NCBI GenBank assembly: GCA_026416665.1 | Contig: JAOAET010000055.1 | Coordinates: 2,490 to 66,489, forward strand | Length of the DNA: 64,000 nucleotides | DNA from: Candidatus Omnitrophota bacterium | GTDB lineage: Bacteria; Omnitrophota; Gorgyraeia; Gygaellales; Profunditerraquicolaceae | Reading direction: 5' to 3' | In this document: positions 30,013 to 38,594 of the stretch, one piece after another | How the letters are laid out: every line of letters starts with the position of its first letter | How positions within the stretch are numbered: position 1 is the first letter of the stretch | Position numbers and translations under genes: made by a program | The notes under the pieces: generated by a model | What the model was told of the DNA's origin: nothing | Database searches by the model: none | What the model saw: the letters and a program-made list of their open reading frames with translations, nothing else

Positions 30013-30456
30013 ATGAAAAAAGTAATAAGAAGTATTACAGTTGTGGCTTCCCTGTTATTTTGTATTGGCAGCGTTGGTGCAGAGGATTTTCATCTTTTAA
30101 ATCAACCACCTTATAAAAATGGAAATAACACTGAGATTGAACAGTCAATTTCAGAATGGATTGAAGAGAGTCGAACACAGCATAAAAATACTGAGGAAGA
30201 AAAGACAAATTGGTTTTCTCTATTTGAAAGGTTAAAATCTAAAGCATTTGCCGTTGACATTAGTGAACAACATAAGCTACGTGAAGACTGGCGTGATATG
30301 CTAGGTTTTGACATGTTTTATCCGTATTTTAAACTAAAAGACTTAGAAGATATTGTAAAAGAAAAGACACGGTTGAATTTCTTAAATTTTGAAGGTAAAG
30401 CAGAAATTAACGAACGTTCTAGAGAACTCCATTACATTTTTAGAAAGAAGTTTTAA
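30013..30456 (+). CDS. secreted hypothetical protein
   Basis: 147 aa; signal peptide ending VGA-ED, charged/acidic mature part; RBS GGAGGAAGATAGG upstream. Confidence 0.4.
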   Translation: MKKVIRSITVVASLLFCIGSVGAEDFHLLNQPPYKNGNNTEIEQSISEWIEESRTQHKNTEEEKTNWFSLFERLKSKAFAVDISEQHKLREDWRDMLGFDMFYPYFKLKDLEDIVKEKTRLNFLNFEGKAEINERSRELHYIFRKKF

Positions 30457-30513
30457 GAAGTAAGAAGTCTTTACTTGTAAAAAACAAATTAACCAAAATA
30501 TAATTATAGTTTT

Positions 30514-30903
30514 TTATTTCTTAAAGATGTGTTTTGAGAATAAAATTATACCAACAGCAACTGCATTAAGGCTGGCTAAAAGTACAACTGCCGCAGCAAT
30601 ATCTTTGACTAGTTTAATTAAGGTATGATATTTACGTGTAGTCATATCAATTAAAAGCTCAATAGCGGTATTAAACATTTCTGCCATAAATACTACAGTA
30701 ATAGTTAAGCACAGAGTTATTAGCTCTATCCCCTTTAACCTAAAATAGATACCAAGTAAAAATGCAGCAATACCCGTTAGAAAGATAATACGCATGTTTC
30801 GATGGTATAAAAAAAGATAGACGATACCGTTTAAAGCTAAGGTAAGACTTTCCAAAAAACCGTGAAAATGAAAAATTCTCCGAAAAACTTTAAACCTACG
30901 CAT
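30514..30903 (-). CDS. dgkA: diacylglycerol kinase / undecaprenol kinase family
   Basis: 129 aa, three TM helices, EMFNTAIE motif of the DgkA family. Confidence 0.8.
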   Translation of the reverse strand: MRRFKVFRRIFHFHGFLESLTLALNGIVYLFLYHRNMRIIFLTGIAAFLLGIYFRLKGIELITLCLTITVVFMAEMFNTAIELLIDMTTRKYHTLIKLVKDIAAAVVLLASLNAVAVGIILFSKHIFKK

Positions 30904-31234
30904 TTGACCTTATGATGATAAAAAAAAGTAAAATAATTATTAGTGCAGAGACAATGTAAAAATCATTGAAATAAAAAAAATCAATTAACTTATCCCAGAG
31001 GCTTTCTTGTTTCAAAGAAGATAACACGATTGGTTGTTTCTGTTTAAACTCTTCGATTTGTTGGCGTTGGAAACGCAGATACTGACCACCGATTTTATAG
31101 GCAGGTATTTTCCCTTCCTCAGCCAAGTCAATGACTTCTTTTTCAGAACACTTAAGTATCTGCGCTACTTCACGAACAGTTAATAATTTATCCTTAGACA
31201 TTTTTATTTGCTTATTTTGCCTGAAGCAATCCAA
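30896..31234 (-). CDS. membrane-anchored HTH_17 (excisionase/MerR-like) DNA-binding protein
   Basis: LLTVREVAQILKCSEKEVIDLAEEGKIPAYKIGGQYLRF HTH followed by a C-terminal TM helix (IVSALIIILLFFIII). Confidence 0.5.
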   Translation of the reverse strand: MDCFRQNKQIKMSKDKLLTVREVAQILKCSEKEVIDLAEEGKIPAYKIGGQYLRFQRQQIEEFKQKQPIVLSSLKQESLWDKLIDFFYFNDFYIVSALIIILLFFIIIRSNA

Positions 31235-31707
31235 GCATCAATTGCCTTGCGTTCAAATCTCCATTCGTTAGCCTGTTTTATAGCCGGGATCTTTCCTTGA
31301 TTAGCCCAATCAATAATAGTATTGATTTCAACTTCTAAATAACGAGCCAACTCTTCCGCAGAAAGAATCTCTGCCAACATCTGACAGCGGCCGTTAAATA
31401 TACCTCCATCAGAAATAATAAGACGATTAGGATAAATATCTCCATCTACGACAGCCGTAGAAAGTATTTCCAAACTTTCACGAGCAGTAATTTTACCTCG
31501 CACTTTACCTTCAATGATGATAGTATCACCGATTATATCCGCAGTAACCATTGCGTTAGGACCGATAGTTAACACACCTCTTGCATCCAGTGTCCCTTCA
31601 AACTTTCCATTAATCTTTAAGTTAACAGGATCCTTAAAAGTAAGTGTTCCTTGCATCGAGGCATCTACGTCTAGAAATTTTTCATCTATTTTTCTACGAA
31701 GGGCCAT
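31204..31707 (-). CDS. bactofilin domain fused to a C-terminal HTH_17 DNA-binding domain
   Basis: Residues ~20-110 have a bactofilin (DUF583) beta-helix repeat pattern (GxxEGxLxxxGxLxIG...VxGDIxGDxIIIxGKVxG). The C-terminus LSAEELARYLEVEINTIIDWANQGKIPAIK..WRF is an excisionase-type HTH. Confidence 0.6.
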   Translation of the reverse strand: MALRRKIDEKFLDVDASMQGTLTFKDPVNLKINGKFEGTLDARGVLTIGPNAMVTADIIGDTIIIEGKVRGKITARESLEILSTAVVDGDIYPNRLIISDGGIFNGRCQMLAEILSAEELARYLEVEINTIIDWANQGKIPAIKQANEWRFERKAIDAWIASGKISK

Positions 31708-32158
31708 ATTCCTCCTCCTTACTGTTTGGTTTGTTAAGTAGCCTTTTTTCGGCTTTTCTTAAAATAAATAGGCATATTAATGTAAGTATAGTGGTGATAA
31801 AACTAGCATTATAGAAACCAACACCAACAGCAAGCCCTATACCTGAGACCACCCACAGACTTGCTGCTGTAGTTAAACCTTTTATTTCCTCTTTTTCACG
31901 AATAATCGCTCCAGCACCTAAGAATCCAATACCCGTTATTATTCCCGCAGCAATTCTTGCAGGGTCTATTGCAGTTACATCTTTATATATAACAAAAACA
32001 TACTGTGATGTCAACATAATAAGACAGGAGCCTAAAGAAACTAAAATATGAGTTCTTAAACCCGCCGCTCTACGTTGCATTTGTCGTTCCAAACCAATCA
32101 ACCCACCAAGAATAACTGAAAGGATTAAGCGAACGGTTACTACACTATCAGTCAACAT
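31694..32158 (-). CDS. MgtC/SapB family membrane protein
   Basis: 154 aa; LGGLIGLERQ...RAAGLRTHILV MgtC signature. Confidence 0.75.
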   Translation of the reverse strand: MLTDSVVTVRLILSVILGGLIGLERQMQRRAAGLRTHILVSLGSCLIMLTSQYVFVIYKDVTAIDPARIAAGIITGIGFLGAGAIIREKEEIKGLTTAASLWVVSGIGLAVGVGFYNASFITTILTLICLFILRKAEKRLLNKPNSKEEEYGPS

Positions 32159-32182
32159 ATTAGACTCCCCTGGTTATGCCTA

Positions 32183-33130
32183 TTAAAATTTCTTATACTT
32201 AAAATATCCGTGCGCTGCTACCATAGCAGCGTTATCAGTGCATAATTCTTTAGGAGCGAAAACAACACGTAAGCCGAAGCGAGAAGATTCTTTATCAAAA
32301 AGCTGGCGAAAAAAATTATTTGCTGCTACTCCACCACCTACTACTATAGTTTTTACCCTATAGCTGTTTGCGGCAAAAATAGCTTTCTTAATTAAAACAG
32401 TAAATATACTGTATTGGAAACTAGCACAGATATCCTTTTTCTGTTGGTCGTGAATTTTTCTATATTTTTTTGTTTCATAAAGTACCGCTGTTTTTATCCC
32501 ACTAAAACTAAATTCAAAAGGTAATTTAGTATTAGAACACTTAAATTTATATCGAAGGGGGTTACCATTCCTTGCTTCACGTTCAATTGCTGGACCACCT
32601 GGATATCCTAAATTCAAGATTTTAGCAACTTTATCAAAGGCTTCGCCGCAAGCATCATCCTTGGTTGCTCCTAGAAATTTAAATCTGTTATAACCTGATA
32701 AGTAGTAAAGACTCGTATGCCCGCCTGAGACGACCAAAGCAATTAAAGGAAAAAGTGGATTTTCTTTTATCAGGCAAGAAAATATATGACTATGTATATG
32801 GTCGACTCCAAGACAAGGAATGTTTAAACAGGTACCGATAGCATGAGCAAAAGATATGCCAACCAATAAAGAGCCTATTAAACCTGGTTTTTGTGTGTAA
32901 GCAATCAGTTCTATGTCGTTATAACTGATATCTGCTTTCGTTAATGCCTCTTGTACAACAAAAGATATTGCTTCCAGCTGTTTACGAAAAGCTATTTCAG
33001 GGATAATTCCCCCAAAACGTCTGTGGTAAGATAGACTAGAGATTATTACAGATGATAGGATATGTTTTCCATTTTCTACCACGGCTGCTGCTGTTTCATC
33101 ACAGGATGTCTCAATTCCCAATACTTTCAT
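32183..33130 (-). CDS. tsaD: tRNA N6-adenosine threonylcarbamoyltransferase
   Basis: MKVLGIETSCDETAAAVV Kae1/TsaD N-terminus, HxxxH metal site. Start set at the Met that avoids overlap with the upstream gene. Confidence 0.9.
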   Translation of the reverse strand: MKVLGIETSCDETAAAVVENGKHILSSVIISSLSYHRRFGGIIPEIAFRKQLEAISFVVQEALTKADISYNDIELIAYTQKPGLIGSLLVGISFAHAIGTCLNIPCLGVDHIHSHIFSCLIKENPLFPLIALVVSGGHTSLYYLSGYNRFKFLGATKDDACGEAFDKVAKILNLGYPGGPAIEREARNGNPLRYKFKCSNTKLPFEFSFSGIKTAVLYETKKYRKIHDQQKKDICASFQYSIFTVLIKKAIFAANSYRVKTIVVGGGVAANNFFRQLFDKESSRFGLRVVFAPKELCTDNAAMVAAHGYFKYKKF

Positions 33131-33140
33131 AGCTTTATTT

Positions 33141-33953
33141 TTAATGGACAAGTTCAGAGACAAAAACAAACCTGTATCCCTTTTTTGCTAGTCGTGGTAT
33201 TTCTTCCTTTAGTGCCATTAAGGTTACTTTTCGGTCATGGCCAATACCTATAGCAAAGCCATTTTGTTGTGCTTTTTCCGCTAATATCTCAAGCTGCTTT
33301 TGAATATTTGCAGAATCTAAAATATTATCTAGAAAAATATCTCTACGTGCATAAGGAATCTTCTTCTTTTGAGCTATTTGCTCACAGACTGAATTTGGGG
33401 TAACGAGGCTATCAATAAAAAATAATTTCCTTTTCCTAATTTCATCTAATACTATCTCCATAGTTTTGTAATCTTCAGTTGCTTTTGAGCCCATATGGTT
33501 TGAAACACCACGGATATGAGGTATATTTTTAATCTGAGAGTTAATAATAAAACGAATAGATGTTTCATCAAGCGTAGTAGTTATCGTATTTGGTTCCAGA
33601 TGTTTTTCGTCATAAGGTTCCAGAGGCAAATGTAATATAAGTTGGAAATTCATCCGATGAAGTTGTTCAGCAATCTGTCTAGAATATGGTGCCTCCGGTA
33701 GAATTGAGAAAGTAAGGGGATAGTTAAAACCTTCTAAAATTTGTAAGTTATTAAATGTATATCCAGCATCATCAATAACAATAGCTATTTTCCCCTTATA
33801 AAGTTTTTTTGCACGCAGGTCAAATTTTGTAGGTTTTCTAACAGCAGAAATTGGGTTGGCTATTTGTTTTCTTTGAATACCAATAATTATTGCCTCTACT
33901 AGACATAAGGCAAAAAGCAACCCGATTATTGCCTGATATACCTTCTCTTTCAT
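33141..33953 (-). CDS. divergent polysaccharide deacetylase family protein (YibQ-like)
   Basis: 270 aa; N-terminal TM helix, IAIVIDDAGY and GVSNHMGS motifs. Confidence 0.75.
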   Translation of the reverse strand: MKEKVYQAIIGLLFALCLVEAIIIGIQRKQIANPISAVRKPTKFDLRAKKLYKGKIAIVIDDAGYTFNNLQILEGFNYPLTFSILPEAPYSRQIAEQLHRMNFQLILHLPLEPYDEKHLEPNTITTTLDETSIRFIINSQIKNIPHIRGVSNHMGSKATEDYKTMEIVLDEIRKRKLFFIDSLVTPNSVCEQIAQKKKIPYARRDIFLDNILDSANIQKQLEILAEKAQQNGFAIGIGHDRKVTLMALKEEIPRLAKKGYRFVFVSELVH

Positions 33954-35242
33954 TTATTTTTTTGAATTGATTGATATAATCGAATTCCTTTTATAATGTC
34001 AACAGCGCGCATAAGCTGATTATCAGTTCGGTATGATTCTTCTTTTATTACTTTGTCATTCTCTACTTTTTTTTCAATTTGTTCAAATATCTGCTGAGGT
34101 GCCAAAGTATTTTTCTGTTGGATAGACTCTTCCTGTTGAGTCAATTCAATTTTTCCTTCTTCAACTATAATATCAGGTTGAACACCTACACCATGAATAA
34201 CTTTGTTGGATGGGGTAAAATATTTACTAGTGGTAAGTCTTAGTGCAGAACCATCCTGTAGTGGCAGAATCGTTTGGACAGAACCTTTACCGAAAGATTT
34301 GGTCCCAACAATTATGGCGCGTTTATAATCTTGTAACGCAGCAGCAACAATTTCGCTACCTGAAGCCGAACCTTCATTAATCAGAACAATGATAGGTATA
34401 TCAACAATGGGATTAGTGGCATTGCTTGAAAAACTCATATTTTGAGAAGTAATGCGACCTTTTGTGGAAACAATGACCTTTCCCTTTTCCAAAAACTGCT
34501 CAGCAACTTGAACAGCAGAATCTAACAGTCCGCCGGGATTATTACGTAAATCTAAAATTAAAGCATTCATACCCTCTTTTTTTAATCTCTCAAGTGCACG
34601 AATTAAATCCTGTGCAGTGTTCTCCCTAAATTCAATAAGACGTATATAACCGATTTTATCTTCAAGTATCTTCGCTTCTTTAATATCTTGGATTTTGATG
34701 ACTCCCCGCACAATGCGAAATTCCATAAGCTTTTTTTCTTGTTCTCTTAAGATAGTAATTGTAACAGGTTCACCTACCCTACCACGTAATTTCTTTACAG
34801 CATCAGTAAGAGACATATCCCTGGTAAGATCATTATTGATTTTCACAATACGGTCGTTAGCTTTAATTCCTGCTTTCCAAGCAGGAGTATCTTCAATCGG
34901 AGTAACTACTGTCAATAACCCATCCTTAATGGTGATCTCTATTCCTAAGCCACCAAATTTTCCTTCAGTATCAACCTTAAGTTCATTATAGGTGTCAGGG
35001 TCAAGAAATTGGCTATGGGGGTCAAGTGAAGAAAGCATTCCCTTTAAGGCTCCATAGATAAGCTCTTTAGGTTTGACTTCTTCTACATAATCTGTTTGAA
35101 TTATGGATAGTGCATCGGAGAATAACTCTACTTGTTTGTACAATTCGTTCACTTTTCTTTTATCTTGAACAGCCCTTCCTAAAGATAAAAATGTCAATGA
35201 GAAAGAAATCACCAGCATTATTGCTAATAACTTATTACGCAT
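33950..35242 (-). CDS. ctpA: carboxyl-terminal processing protease (S41)
   Basis: 430 aa; signal peptide, PDZ domain, GSASGSEI catalytic serine region. Confidence 0.9.
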   Translation of the reverse strand: MRNKLLAIMLVISFSLTFLSLGRAVQDKRKVNELYKQVELFSDALSIIQTDYVEEVKPKELIYGALKGMLSSLDPHSQFLDPDTYNELKVDTEGKFGGLGIEITIKDGLLTVVTPIEDTPAWKAGIKANDRIVKINNDLTRDMSLTDAVKKLRGRVGEPVTITILREQEKKLMEFRIVRGVIKIQDIKEAKILEDKIGYIRLIEFRENTAQDLIRALERLKKEGMNALILDLRNNPGGLLDSAVQVAEQFLEKGKVIVSTKGRITSQNMSFSSNATNPIVDIPIIVLINEGSASGSEIVAAALQDYKRAIIVGTKSFGKGSVQTILPLQDGSALRLTTSKYFTPSNKVIHGVGVQPDIIVEEGKIELTQQEESIQQKNTLAPQQIFEQIEKKVENDKVIKEESYRTDNQLMRAVDIIKGIRLYQSIQKNK

Positions 35243-36680
35243 TTTCTAGCCTCCGTCTTAACATATCTTGAACAAGTTTAGGGTTTGCCTTTCCATTTGT
35301 CTTTTTCATCACTTGTCCAACTAAAAACATAATAGAATTAGTTTTACCTTTTTTATATTCCAAAATAATTTGAGGATTTTCTTGAAGTACCTGCTCTACT
35401 TCTTTAGTTAAAGTAGATTCGTCAGAAATCTGAATGAGGTTTTTTTCCTTCACTATAGTTAATGCATTTTTACCCGTATCGATCATTTCTGTTAATACCG
35501 ACTTTGCCGCAAGATTTGAAATCTTTGCATTTTCTACTAAATCAATAAGTTCACATAAGGCATCTGCTGATACAGGGATTTCGGATAAATTTTTTCCTCT
35601 CTGATTAGCTTCTTGAGTTAATGGCCCAATTAACCAGTTAGCTACAGTCTTCTTATCTTTTTTAGGATAGGCTTTTAGCCGTTCTTCTGCATAGTCAGCA
35701 ATATTTTTTTCTAAGGTTAATTGCCGGGCATCGGCGTAATTTAAATTAAATTCCCGCATAAAACGTTCCATTCTTGCCTTGGGTAACTCTGGTATACTTG
35801 CGCGAATCTCGTCTAACAATTGGTTTGTGATAATAACAGGTGGAATGTCGGGCTCAGGAAAATAACGATAATCTTTTGCTTCTTCTTTACTACGCATAGC
35901 AAAAGTTCTCTGTTTTTTTTCATCCCAGAGGCGTGTTTCTTGTTCAATAGTTTCTTCTGCTTCTAATAATTCCTTTTGCCTTTTTATTTCAAATGTTAAG
36001 GCATCCCTTACCGCTTTAAAGGAGTTAAGATTTTTAATTTCTGTTTTTACTCCCAGCTGCTTTGTCCATTTAGGTCTTAAAGAAATATTAGCGTCACAGC
36101 GCAAGGAACCTTTTTCCATATCGCAGTCGGAAACATCTAAGTATGAAATAATTCCTTTCAAGGTTGTTAAATACTCGTATGCCTCTTCGGGTGAAAAGAT
36201 ATCGGGTTCAGTAACAATTTCTAATAAAGGTATTCCTGTGCGGTTGTAATCAATAAAAGTTAGTTCATTGGTATGGATAAGTTTACCCGCATCTTCCTCA
36301 AGATGCGCTCGACGTATACCTATTTTCTTTACATTTCCGTTACCGCTTATTTCAAGATACCCATTTTTGGCAACAGGTAACTCATATTGTGAAATCTGAA
36401 AATTTTTGGGTAAATCAGGATAATAGTAATGTTTACGGTCAAAACGAATAAGTTCTCCGATTGAACAGTTTAAGGCAAGCCCTACTTTTATTGCGTATTT
36501 TAGTGCTATCTTATTTAAAACCGGTAATACTCCAGGTAATCCTAGGCACACTGGACAAATTTGGCTGTTAGCTGGGGCCCCAAAATCTGTTCGACAACCA
36601 CAAAATATTTTAGTCTGGGTTTTAAGCTGTACATGTACTTCTAAGCCGATAACTGGTTCATATTGGATATTTATATTCAT
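35235..36680 (-). CDS. gatB: Asp-tRNA(Asn)/Glu-tRNA(Gln) amidotransferase subunit B
   Basis: 481 aa; GLEVHVQL, GatB/YqeY C-terminal domain. Confidence 0.95.
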   Translation of the reverse strand: MNINIQYEPVIGLEVHVQLKTQTKIFCGCRTDFGAPANSQICPVCLGLPGVLPVLNKIALKYAIKVGLALNCSIGELIRFDRKHYYYPDLPKNFQISQYELPVAKNGYLEISGNGNVKKIGIRRAHLEEDAGKLIHTNELTFIDYNRTGIPLLEIVTEPDIFSPEEAYEYLTTLKGIISYLDVSDCDMEKGSLRCDANISLRPKWTKQLGVKTEIKNLNSFKAVRDALTFEIKRQKELLEAEETIEQETRLWDEKKQRTFAMRSKEEAKDYRYFPEPDIPPVIITNQLLDEIRASIPELPKARMERFMREFNLNYADARQLTLEKNIADYAEERLKAYPKKDKKTVANWLIGPLTQEANQRGKNLSEIPVSADALCELIDLVENAKISNLAAKSVLTEMIDTGKNALTIVKEKNLIQISDESTLTKEVEQVLQENPQIILEYKKGKTNSIMFLVGQVMKKTNGKANPKLVQDMLRRRLENA

Positions 36681-36682
36681 AT

Positions 36683-38146
36683 TTACAATGGTGGTTTTTG
36701 TTTATGCCATTGAGTATGCATTTGATAAGCATGGGCCACACGAAAAAGCATCTCTTCATCAAATGCCTTACCAATAATTTGTAATCCTACTGGAAGTTTA
36801 TTTTTTGTGAAACCACAACATAAAGATATAGCGGGTACCCCTGCTAAATTTGCTGATATAGTAAATATATCTGATAGATACATCTGTAAAGGATTGTTGA
36901 CCTTCTCGCCTATTGCAAAAGCAGTAGTCGGAGAGGTAGGAGTAACTAAACAATCAACATATTTAAACACATCTTCGAAATCTTTTTTTATAAGGGTTCT
37001 TACTTTCTGAGCCCGTAGATAGTAGGCATCGTAATAGCCATGAGATAATACAAATGTCCCCAAAAGTATCCTTCTTTTAACTTCTGCACCAAATCCTCTC
37101 CCACGAGTTTTTGAGTACATAGAGATTAAATTTTCTGATTCAAGACGCAGACCGTAGCGCACACCGTCAAATCGGGCGAGATTTGAGCTTGCTTCAGCAG
37201 TAGCAATAATATAATAAACCGGAACAGCATAATGAGTGTGTTTAAGTTCTACATTTTTAATTGTAGCACCAAGTTTTTTAAGTTCTTCAATCGCCTCATA
37301 AACAATTGTTTTAACTTCTTCATCGATGCCTTCAACAAAATATTCTTTAGGTATTCCTATAGTAATACCTTTTATATCTTTTTCTAGAGCAGCAATATAA
37401 TTGGGGACTTCTATGTTTATTGTAGTAGAATCTTTAGGGTCATAACCCGCAATTACCTGTAAAAGCAAAGCACAGTCATGAACATCCTTTGCCAAAGGAC
37501 CTATCTGGTCAAGGCTTGAGGCAAAAGCAATCAAACCATAACGTGACACTCTACCATAAGTGGGTTTCATGCCTACTACTCCACAAAAACAGGCAGGTTG
37601 TCGGATAGACCCTCCTGTGTCAGAACCAATAGCCAAAATTGTTTCTGAGGCACTGACTGCTGCAGCTGAACCGCCAGAAGAGCCACCAGCGACTTTTGTT
37701 TTATCCCAAGGATTGCGTGTTGGGCCAAAACAGGAGTTCTCAGTAGAAGAACCAAAGGCAAACTCATCCATATTAGTTTTTGCTGCCAAGATTATGGCGC
37801 CGGCTTCTTTTAGTTTTGTAATTACCGTTGCATCGTAAGGTGGTCTAAATCCTTGTAAAATTTGTGAGCAACACTCGGTTAGGAAATTTTCGGTACAGAT
37901 GTTATCTTTAATAGCAACAGGTATGCCGTCTAAAATCTTTTCGCATGATGTGGTAATTGTATGTTGATTAATTGTCTCTACAGGAAATCTGTTACTATCT
38001 AAGCGAACAAAAGCCTTTATCTGGTTTTCCACCTTTTTAATGCGTTGTGAAATAGAATCTAAAATTTGTTGAGCATTTATTTCTTTTGTTTTAAGCAGAG
38101 ATAGTAAATGATGAGCAGTTAAATCACAAAGTTCCATTTTAATCAA
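36683..38146 (-). CDS. gatA: Asp-tRNA(Asn)/Glu-tRNA(Gln) amidotransferase subunit A
   Basis: 487 aa; amidase signature GGSSGGSAAAV...GSDTGGSIR. Confidence 0.95.
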   Translation of the reverse strand: MIKMELCDLTAHHLLSLLKTKEINAQQILDSISQRIKKVENQIKAFVRLDSNRFPVETINQHTITTSCEKILDGIPVAIKDNICTENFLTECCSQILQGFRPPYDATVITKLKEAGAIILAAKTNMDEFAFGSSTENSCFGPTRNPWDKTKVAGGSSGGSAAAVSASETILAIGSDTGGSIRQPACFCGVVGMKPTYGRVSRYGLIAFASSLDQIGPLAKDVHDCALLLQVIAGYDPKDSTTINIEVPNYIAALEKDIKGITIGIPKEYFVEGIDEEVKTIVYEAIEELKKLGATIKNVELKHTHYAVPVYYIIATAEASSNLARFDGVRYGLRLESENLISMYSKTRGRGFGAEVKRRILLGTFVLSHGYYDAYYLRAQKVRTLIKKDFEDVFKYVDCLVTPTSPTTAFAIGEKVNNPLQMYLSDIFTISANLAGVPAISLCCGFTKNKLPVGLQIIGKAFDEEMLFRVAHAYQMHTQWHKQKPPL

Positions 38147-38426
38147 TAACCTTTCTTACTACAAAAAAACTGTCTTTTTTTCTAGGGGCGTTAGCAAGAG
38201 ATTTTTCTAAAGGAAAAGATGTAATAGGTAGGTCCTCTCTTAAAACATTGGTAATATCTACTGCATAACTAGTAGGAGTTACATTGGCAATATCAACTTT
38301 TTTAAGTTGATCGATAAAATCAAGTATTGTCTGAAGCTGCTGAGATAGATTCTGCAGCTCATTTTCATTTAGGTCAAGACGGCTTAATTTTGCTACGTAT
38401 TGTAAGGTTTGGCTTAATGGTTTCAT
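38139..38426 (-). CDS. gatC: Asp-tRNA(Asn)/Glu-tRNA(Gln) amidotransferase subunit C
   Basis: 95 aa; position and size typical of GatC, overlaps gatA start. Confidence 0.85.
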   Translation of the reverse strand: MKPLSQTLQYVAKLSRLDLNENELQNLSQQLQTILDFIDQLKKVDIANVTPTSYAVDITNVLREDLPITSFPLEKSLANAPRKKDSFFVVRKVID

Positions 38427-38513
38427 AATTTATTAAGATTTAATCATTTGGAAAATTATATTATCACCAATTTCCCAAAAAGTCAAGAAAGCCACCGAAC
38501 TGTAGCTTTATCA

Positions 38514-38541
38514 TTGACAAAGTTATGAATTATCTTAAAAT
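38514..38541 (+). promoter_or_regulatory. candidate sigma70-type promoter (TTGACA-16-TAAAAT) for the 1078-aa gene
   Basis: -35 TTGACA 38514-38519, -10 TAAAAT 38536-38541, RBS AAGGAG about 10 nt before the ATG at 38595. Confidence 0.35.
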
Positions 38542-38594
38542 AATAAGTTATGTTAATTAACCAATAATTTAATATATTTCAAAGGAGTAAGCAA

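Noticed and set aside
495-31707. Three excisionase-family (HTH_17) small proteins as possible markers of integrated mobile elements
   Set aside because: There are no integrase, recombinase, transposase, att-like direct repeats or phage structural genes anywhere in the window. The HTH proteins sit among housekeeping genes, so they are interpreted as small regulators.
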